Below are positions 56,916-64,000 of a DNA stretch of 64,000 nucleotides, in pieces. Made by a program: the position numbers and the translations under genes. The notes beneath the pieces are model-generated. The model did no database searches and was not told the DNA's origin. It worked only from the letters and a program-made list of their open reading frames with translations. Source of the DNA: Rebecca billardiae RCC1528 (Eukaryota; Protista; Haptophyta); NCBI GenBank assembly GCA_965240325.2, contig OZ251224.1, positions 4,154,001 through 4,218,000 on the forward strand, read 5' to 3'. Position 1 is the stretch's first letter. The number at the start of each line of letters is the position of its first letter.

Positions 56916-57738
56916 CGCCGCGCGGCTGCTGCGGCTGCGGCGCACGCTGTGGCGGTGGGCTGCGGCCGCCTCGCCGCAGCAGGCGGCCGCGCTGAGCGCG
57001 CACTGCGCCGAGCGCGGGTGGCGCGCGCGCGGGCAGGCGCTCGCGGCGGCGGGCGCGCGCGGCGCGCAGCGCACCGCGCGCGGCGCGCTCGCGCACTGGC
57101 TTCGCGCGCGCAGGCGCAGGCGCGCGCTCGCCGGCGCGGGCAGCGTGTGGGCGGCGCACGCGGCGCTGCGCCGCGCCACCGCCGCGTTCTCCCGCGCCGC
57201 GCGCCGCGCGGCCGCGCAGCGCGCGCTCAGCCGAGCGCGCGCGGGCGCGCGCGCCGTGTCCGAAGTGCTGCGCGCAGCGCGGCTGCGCGCCGCGCTCGCG
57301 CGCCGCGTCGCGCGCGCGCACGCGACGCGGCGCGCGTGGGCGCGGCTGCGGGCCGCCGCGCCGCGCGGCCGGCTGCGCTGGGCGCAGCTCGCGCGGCTCG
57401 TGCCGCCCGCTCCGGCGCAGGCTGAGCGGCCGGCGCGCGCGGGCGGCGGCGCGCGCAGGCGCGCCGAGGGCGCGCGCTCGGCCGCGCGCGATGCGCAGGG
57501 CGCTGGCGGCGGCAGCCCGCGCGGCCCGACCGGCCGCGGCCGGCTGGGCAGCCTGCTCGGCGCGCTCGGCCGCCGCGCGCGCGAGCGCGCCGCGCTCGCG
57601 CGCTGGCGGCAGCGCTGGCGCGTGCACTGGGTGGCGCGCGCGCGCGCGGCGCACGCGGAGGCGAGCACGGCGCGGCGCGCGCTCGCGCGCTGGCGGCGGC
57701 GCGCGGCGGTGCGCCTCAGCCGGTGCGACGTGCAGTGA
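55084..57738 (+). CDS. Ala/Arg-rich helical protein with periodic Trp, Sfi1-like (putative centrin-binding)
   Basis: Recurrent L-x-x-W-R motifs (ALSRWE, LRAWRA, LHSWRA, LGRWRG, LAHWLR, LARWRQ, LARWRR) across an 884-aa ATG ORF. Low complexity limits certainty. Confidence 0.5.
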
Positions 57739-58063
57739 CGATGCATGATGCGACTACCCTGATTGATGAGTGATGACGATGACGGGCGGCACAGCTGCCG
57801 TCCGGATGAATCGTAGTCGCGCAGTCGCCAGTCGTCGGGAGCAGTCCGCTGTGACACTACTACCCGGAGTTCTAGCAGTAATCGGAAGGCATCCCAGACT
57901 GCTCCGGGGCCGGCGCGTGCACGGTCCCGACGATCACGAGACAGAGATTGTGATCTCGCTCGTCCAACGGTCTTCGCGTGAGCAGTCACCGCCTCCACAC
58001 CGTCGTCGCCAGGGCGGCAGCGCACCGTGCGCCTCGACGAGGAGCAAGGCACAGCCCGCACAG

Positions 58064-59632
58064 ATGGACGAGACCAGCGCCGCGGTGAAGCTGCTTCGGC
58101 GCAAGTCGGCGCGAGGTGACGCGCGTGCCACGTGCCTTCTGGCTGGTCGCTTTGCACGCGGAGAAGGCGTCGCTCAGAATTTGAGCGAGGCGTTGCGCCT
58201 GTGGTACGTCGCCGCCGAACGTGGGCTTGCGGACGCTCAGGCTGCACTCGGCGATTGCAATCGTGAGGGCCTGTTTGGACTTGGCCGCGACTTCATTAAA
58301 GCAGTGCACTGGTATCGGCTGGCGGCTGAGCAGGGCCACGCAGGAGCGCAGTGCAACCTAGGCTGGTGCTGCGACAAGGGCGAGGGCGTGCCGCAGGACA
58401 GCGCCGAGGCGGCGCGCTGGTACCGGCTGGCGGCCGAGCAGGGCTTTGCAGATGCGCAGAACAATCTGGGCTGGTGCTGCAAGGACGGCGAGGGCGTGCC
58501 GCAGGACAGCGCCGAGGCGGCGCGCTGGTACCGGCTGGCGGCCGAGCAGGGCTTTGCAGATGCGCAGCACAATCTGGGCGTGTGCTGCAAGGACGGCGAG
58601 GGCGTGCCGCAGGACAGCGCCGAGGCGGCGCGCTGGTACCGGCTGGCGGCCGAGCAGGGCTTTGCAGCTGCGCAGTACGCGCTGGGCGTGTGCTGCAAGG
58701 ACGGCGAGGGCGTGCCGCAGGACTGCGCCGAGGCGGCGCGCTGGTACCGGCTGGCGGCCGAGCAGGGCTTTGCAGATGCGCAGTACGCGCTGGGCGTGTG
58801 CTGCAAGGACGGCGAGGGCGTGCCGCAGGACTGCGCCGAGGCGGCGCGCTGGTACCGGCTAGCGGCCGAGCAGGGCTTTGCAGATGCGCAGTACAATCTG
58901 GGCGTGTGCTGCAAGGACGGCGAGGGCCTGCCGCAGGACTGCGCCGAGGCGGCGCGCTGGTACCGGCTAGCGGCCGAGCAGGGCTTTGCAGCTGCGCAGA
59001 ACAATCTGGGCGTGTGCTGCAAGCGTGGCGAGGGCGTGCCGCAGGATATGGCGGAGGCGGCGCGCTGGTACCGGCTGGCGGCCGAGCAGGGCTTTGCGGA
59101 GGCGCAGTGCAATCTGGGCTCGTGCTGCGAGAAGGGCGAGGGCGTGCCGCAGGACGGCGCCGAGGCGGCGCGCTGGTACCGGCTGGCGGCCGAGCAGGGC
59201 TTTGCAGCTGCGCAGTACAAGCTGGGCGTGTGCTGCAAGCATGGCAAGGGCGTGCAGCAGGATATGGCCGAGGCGGTGCGCTGGTACCGGCTGGCCGCTG
59301 AACGTGGTCAGCCAAACGCGACGTCACACCTTGGACTGCTGATGCTCGATGGTGACGCAGTGGAGCGCGATGTGGTGGAGGGCGCGCGGCTGCTGCGCCG
59401 CGCGCACGAGCTCGACAACACTCTCGACCCCTGTGAAGTGCTCATCACCCTGTTTGCAGGCGAGTGCGAGGTCGTGTCCAAGTGCTGCCTCGTGTGCGCC
59501 AAGACGGGGCGTGGGCTGAAGAAGTGCGACCGATGTCACGTCGCAGTGTTCTGCTCACACGACCACCTGCGACGCGCGTGGAAGGCGCACAAGCCGCACT
59601 GCACCGAGTGGCGTCGGCGCCGGGAAAACTAA
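58064..59632 (+). CDS. Sel1-like repeat protein (12 repeats) with C-terminal MYND zinc finger; paralog of 46213-47679
   Basis: Nine near-identical 108-bp units at 58337-59308; capping repeat and MYND almost identical to the paralog. Confidence 0.93.
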   Translation: MDETSAAVKLLRRKSARGDARATCLLAGRFARGEGVAQNLSEALRLWYVAAERGLADAQAALGDCNREGLFGLGRDFIKAVHWYRLAAEQGHAGAQCNLGWCCDKGEGVPQDSAEAARWYRLAAEQGFADAQNNLGWCCKDGEGVPQDSAEAARWYRLAAEQGFADAQHNLGVCCKDGEGVPQDSAEAARWYRLAAEQGFAAAQYALGVCCKDGEGVPQDCAEAARWYRLAAEQGFADAQYALGVCCKDGEGVPQDCAEAARWYRLAAEQGFADAQYNLGVCCKDGEGLPQDCAEAARWYRLAAEQGFAAAQNNLGVCCKRGEGVPQDMAEAARWYRLAAEQGFAEAQCNLGSCCEKGEGVPQDGAEAARWYRLAAEQGFAAAQYKLGVCCKHGKGVQQDMAEAVRWYRLAAERGQPNATSHLGLLMLDGDAVERDVVEGARLLRRAHELDNTLDPCEVLITLFAGECEVVSKCCLVCAKTGRGLKKCDRCHVAVFCSHDHLRRAWKAHKPHCTEWRRRREN

Positions 59633-59773
59633 GCACAATCGTCTGCGCTGACTAACGAGTAACGAGACAGCGGCGAGTTTCGAGTAGCTACGGCTATATG
59701 ACGATACATTTTATAGTATTTTATTTACATATATACGACCATATATCGCCTGCGGCTGGCATCATGACGAATG

Positions 59774-59774
<1 letters not shown>

Positions 59775-59836
<62 letters not shown>
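59775..59836. repeat. (TA)n microsatellite
   Basis: Perfect AT dinucleotide run. Confidence 0.95.
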
Positions 59837-59837
<1 letters not shown>

Positions 59838-60307
59838 TTATTTATTCGGCCTAGCCATCCTGGCAGCCAGAGCGCCTGCGCCAATCGCCATACCGAGGCC
59901 CGAGCCAGGTGTGTGACAGTAGCAGTGAGTGAGCAGCATCAATAATACTCATCACTAACTAAGCTATACTCACAATACTCAATAGCGGCGGCGCGTGGAC
60001 TCAGACATTAGCAGACAGACTTGGAGGCGGCGGCGTGGCACTGGCCGCGCCGCGACCCGCGGCAGTCCGGGCCACTTGGGCACGACAGTCGGTGGCGCGT
60101 GCGCACGCGGCCGGTGCTTGGAGTTGGAGCAGCTGGCTTGGAGTTGCCAGTTGGACGGGCTTGCTTGGAGGCCAGGTGAGGCGAGCACGGCGCAGCGCGC
60201 GCTCGAGCGCCCAGTCCGACTCAGCCGCGCTGGTGGCGGCTGCTGACGCGGCGGTGCGCCCCATAGTCTACTTGATAGTTACGGGCCGCCATAGCCGCCG
60301 GATCATA

Positions 60308-60308
<1 letters not shown>

Positions 60309-60397
<89 letters not shown>
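60309..60397. repeat. (TA)n microsatellite ending in a short (CA)n
   Basis: Perfect AT run followed by cacacac. Confidence 0.95.
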
Positions 60398-60687
60398 TGT
60401 AGTATATATATATCGGCCCTCGGATGCCACTTCGGCCTGCATGTCGCATGACCGTGCCGAGAGCGGAGAGTAGTGATGATGCGCGCGCTACTCTCCTGGC
60501 AGCGCCCTGATTCTGATCACCCGGATCAGTTAGATCGATGACGACGGCTGGGCATACGCCGCATACGTTGATACGACGGTGACTGTACGGACTACGGTTA
60601 TTGGTTACTCACTTATACAGGAGCCTGCGCGTACGCTATCTTGCTATCGGCAGCAGGCTATGCCGGGCCGCACGCCAACGCGCCTCA

Positions 60688-62193
60688 TCAGCGGCTCCGC
60701 CGTGACCCGGCGCCGCCGCGCTCTCCCCACGGGTCTGGCAGGCCCGCGCCGAGCGCGGCGCGCGCCCAGAGCTGCGGCGTGGGCGCGTGGCAGAGCGCCT
60801 CGGCGGGCCTGCGCTTCTGGTCGACGTACGCCGCGCGGTACAGGAGCGGCGCGTCGTCGGCGCCGCCGGGCTCGCGCGGCGGCAGCGGCACGAGCTCGTC
60901 GTCCGGGAGCAGTTGCACCGGCCTCTTCGCTCGGCGCGCGTACTGCGCGGCCAGCTCGCGCCAGAACGCCGCGACGCACATCGGGCTGGCCTCGCGCAGC
61001 ACGGCCGCGCTGCCGTTGGCGGCGAGCTCTCGCGCGAGCTCGTCGTGCCTGCGCAGCCACTTGACGGTGGGCAGCAGGTCGGCGAGGTCGGGGCGCACCG
61101 GCGCGTAGTGCACCCACGGGCGGAGCACCTCGCTGAGGAACGTCGAGCCCATGCTCCACGCCTTGAGCACCACCGCGCCGTACGCGAACAGCCGCGAGAA
61201 CCGGCCGGAGCAGCCGTCGCCGTCCACGTCGAGGAGGTAGCGGTACGCGCGGTGCGCGCCGTCCGAGAGGAAGTGCGGGTTGGACGCGTCGGCGGTGGCG
61301 GGGATGACGTGCGCGCGCGCCCGCGCGAACAGCCGCGCGCGCCCCTCCTCGCCCAGCGCGTCCGCCGTCCTGCCGTTGAGCAGCATGCGCGCATCCACGG
61401 AGCTCGGGTGGTCGGCCGAGAGCAGGACCGCGCGCAGCCGCGGGTTGGCGTTGGGCGCGTCCGGCTCGGTGGCGAAGTAGCCGGCCCTGCGGCCGGTGGA
61501 CGAGCCGCGCCACGCGACCAGCGGCGTGCGCGCCGACCACGCCGGGCTCGCGCCCAGCACGGCGCGCAGCCGCGCCGCGCCGCCCTCGCCACCGGCCGCG
61601 GCCGCACCGCCCCACGCGTCCGGTGCGGGCTTGAGCAGCGCGGACATGAGGGTGAACGAATACTGCCGGGCGGAGCGGACGGAGCACGGCGCCTCGTAGC
61701 TGCCGGGGATGAGGAGGCGGTCGCCCAGCGGGGACGTCTCGTTCGTCAGCACCCCGTGCCGCGACACACGCGCCGCCTTTGTGCCCGGCGGCGGCAGCTC
61801 GCCGCACCAGCCGATGCCAATGTCTCGCAAGCCGTCGACCGGCGCGCACGACTTCACGTCGACGCGCAGCACTGCGTCGGGCACGGTGCCGCGCGGGAAG
61901 TACCAGAGCACGGAGAGCAGGCTCGCGGTGATCAGGTGGAGCTCGGTGAACTGCTGCAGGCACTCCCCCCGGCGGTAGAGCGCGTGGTCCTTGAAGACAA
62001 AGTCGCACAGCAGCTTGCCCCTCTGCGCGCGGTGCACCTCGATGGTGTGCGCGAGGCGGTCGAGGTGGCGCTGCACGGCCGGCCGCTCGAACGCCGCGCG
62101 AGAGGTGGCGCACCACGACGGGTCGAATGGTGTGAGCTCCGCCGCGTGCGCTCGTAGGTGCAGCGCGGCGCTGAGGACGAGGGCGGCCCCCAT
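60688..62193 (-). CDS. Glycosyltransferase family 90 (CAP10/POGLUT-like) protein
   Basis: Signal peptide; LVAWRGSSTG, NPRLRAVLLS, YRYLLDVDGDGCSGRFSRLF..GAVVLK, LRPWVHYAPVRPDLADL..VKWLRRHDELARELAANG. Confidence 0.9.
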   Translation of the reverse strand: MGAALVLSAALHLRAHAAELTPFDPSWCATSRAAFERPAVQRHLDRLAHTIEVHRAQRGKLLCDFVFKDHALYRRGECLQQFTELHLITASLLSVLWYFPRGTVPDAVLRVDVKSCAPVDGLRDIGIGWCGELPPPGTKAARVSRHGVLTNETSPLGDRLLIPGSYEAPCSVRSARQYSFTLMSALLKPAPDAWGGAAAAGGEGGAARLRAVLGASPAWSARTPLVAWRGSSTGRRAGYFATEPDAPNANPRLRAVLLSADHPSSVDARMLLNGRTADALGEEGRARLFARARAHVIPATADASNPHFLSDGAHRAYRYLLDVDGDGCSGRFSRLFAYGAVVLKAWSMGSTFLSEVLRPWVHYAPVRPDLADLLPTVKWLRRHDELARELAANGSAAVLREASPMCVAAFWRELAAQYARRAKRPVQLLPDDELVPLPPREPGGADDAPLLYRAAYVDQKRRPAEALCHAPTPQLWARAALGAGLPDPWGERGGAGSRRSR

Positions 62194-62602
62194 GGAATGA
62201 ATCCCTGCCGAGATGTCGAGTCGACTGTCGAACCATCAATATTGTCGAGACCGCGATACTGTGTACAACGTCGGTCTTACAAAGGTGGTTTGGCCTCTTG
62301 TTTGGCCCCTTGCCCCTTCACAATTGCACACCGATTCAGCTACATACACTGCTACAGCCTTGAAGAGGGTGGAGAGCTCACCATTCACCAGCAGGCTCCG
62401 CAGCGGAAGGCCTTTCCGTTTGGTTGACGAGATCTCCGACTGGGATGGGCGATTGGGCGGGGGCCCGGGGGCGCCCGCGCGCCGGTGAACCAGCCATCCA
62501 TGCTTGATCCATGCATCTTGGGCTTGCATCTTGGTCAATTATACTCGGCACGCGGCCGCGTTGCGCCGTCGCCGGCTGAGGCTGTGGTCGTCAGCAGATT
62601 TC

Positions 62603-63963
62603 ATGATGGAGCTCTGCATCCGGGCGGCGCGCACGGGCACCGGCGCGCCGCGGCGACGTGCGCGGCACGTGCTGCGCGTGGCGGGCGCGCTGCTGCTCCT
62701 GCTCGGCGCAAGCACGGCGCCGCCGCCGCCCAACCGCTCGCGGAGCGCGCGCGCCCTCCGCCAGCAGGACCTCTCGCACCAGCTGCAGTTTGTGCAGCGG
62801 CGCGTGAAGTTTGCGGGCATCCGCGCGTCGTGGGTGAGCGCGGTGATGTGCCTGGGCGACTCGTGGATGACGGGGCTGAACACGGCGGAGTTCGGCCACG
62901 TCTGGGAGATCGAGCAGGTGCAGAAGGACTACCGCGGCGGCGCGTGGGCGTGCGGCAACGGCAAGGTGCTCGGCTTCCCGCAGATCGAGACGCTCGGCAC
63001 GCTGCTGCGCAAGTTCAGCCCGCAGGTGGTCGGGCTCTCGTCGGGCGTGACCCCGTTCCTCAACCCGTGCAAGGAGAACCCGGCCGAGTGCGGCCTCAAC
63101 GCCGCGGCCGACGGCGCCTCGCTCCTCGGCACCAACATGTCCTCGCACCGCGAGGGGCTGGAGCGCGAGAACACGCTCATCTGGCAGGCGCGCGACGCGG
63201 TCGACTGGCTGCACGCGCGCCACCCGCCGGAGGTGCTCGACGGGTGGAAGGTGATCACGATGCTGCCGACGTGGGGGGACCAGTGCGCGCACCGCCGCGC
63301 GCGCCGCGCCGCACCGCCCCCGCAGCCCGACCGCGGCGCTCACGGCCGCGCGCGCGCGCCGCGCGCCCGCGCGCTCGCAGGTGGTGGGCGAAGCGCAACG
63401 TGACGCTGATGCGCGACGGCGTGCACCACGTGCTCGCGTTCCTGCGCTCGAAGCTGAAGAAGGCGTACGTCAACCTGCTCGGTGTCTCGGACACGCCCTC
63501 CTCGCTCGACGACGTGCAGAAGGAGACGATGTGGTGCAAGCTGCAGGTCGCCGGCTGGAAGAAGAAGGTGCGCTTCGAGACCGGCATCGTCTTCAACGAG
63601 ATGGACGGCGCGGACGCGTTCGCGACCGAGCTGAACCGGATGCTGCTCGCCGCGGCGGAGCGGTTCGACGACGGGCGCAACTTCGTCGTGCGCTACCGCC
63701 CGCTGCTGCGCGGCTACGCCTTCCAGTCGCGCCTCTCCGACCCGTTCACGTGCTTCCACCCGCACCGCTCGTTCGCCCAGGAGCTGGGCTACGGGCTGCT
63801 GCAGAACATGGCGAGCGACTCAATGCGCCAGCTGGCGACGCTGCCGATCTACCGGCCGCCCGGGCAGACGTCGGGCGACCTGAGCGTCTCGCTGCACGCG
63901 CTCAAGACGATGGGCGCGTTCAAGCGCAAGGTGATGCGCGAGCGAGACCTGCTGCTGCTGTGA
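62603..63963 (+). CDS. Phospholipase B1-like SGNH/GDSL hydrolase; exons 62603-63282 and 63381-63963
   Basis: VSAVMCLGDSWMTG (block I), DYRGGAWACG, TLGTLLRKFSPQVVGLSSG, LNAAADGA, WKVITM, CFHP. A 98-nt GT-AG intron (63283-63380) joins ORFs 62504..63403 and 62485..63963 in frame. Confidence 0.82.
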
Positions 63964-64000
63964 CGCGCCGCGCGCCGCCGCACGCCCGCGAGGGGCGGCG

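Noticed and set aside
54409-58247. Long minus-strand and alternative-frame ORFs over the Ala/Arg-rich gene
   Set aside because: Extreme GC content removes stops; only 55084..57738 shows a periodic Trp pattern.
46213-59632. Diversity-generating retroelement (RT between genes with AAC-like variable codons)
   Set aside because: Many variants fit N-N-C or N-N-G, but third positions also vary and there is no non-coding adenine-rich template repeat. The RT is DIRS-type and truncated. A genome-wide search for an A-rich template copy would be the decisive test.

Overview
Very GC-rich eukaryotic nuclear DNA with compact genes and short GC-rich spliceosomal introns. The style suggests a haptophyte alga such as a Pavlovales species (inference from composition and intron style only). 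1-18.1 kb is housekeeping: the 5' part of an axonemal dynein heavy chain (minus strand, running off the window), a large Sec7-PH Arf-GEF, a YchF ATPase with a targeting-like extension, an EsV-1-7 cysteine-repeat protein and RPS20. 18.5-36 kb is repeat-rich: dispersed direct repeats, a 21/22-bp minisatellite with higher-order structure, a spliced pseudogene, 211-bp tandem repeats with an inverted partner, hairpins, a ~2-kb TIR element and an L7Ae/Rpp38-like gene. 36-64 kb holds secretory-pathway enzymes (GT47, LpqC-like esterase, DUF3431, GT90, phospholipase B-like), two inverted Sel1-repeat/MYND paralogs with site-specific hypervariable codons, and between them a degenerate DIRS/Ngaro-class tyrosine-recombinase retrotransposon whose RT core is replaced by a GATC-rich array. 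Most long ORFs in the supplied track are antisense or alternative-frame shadows caused by the GC content.
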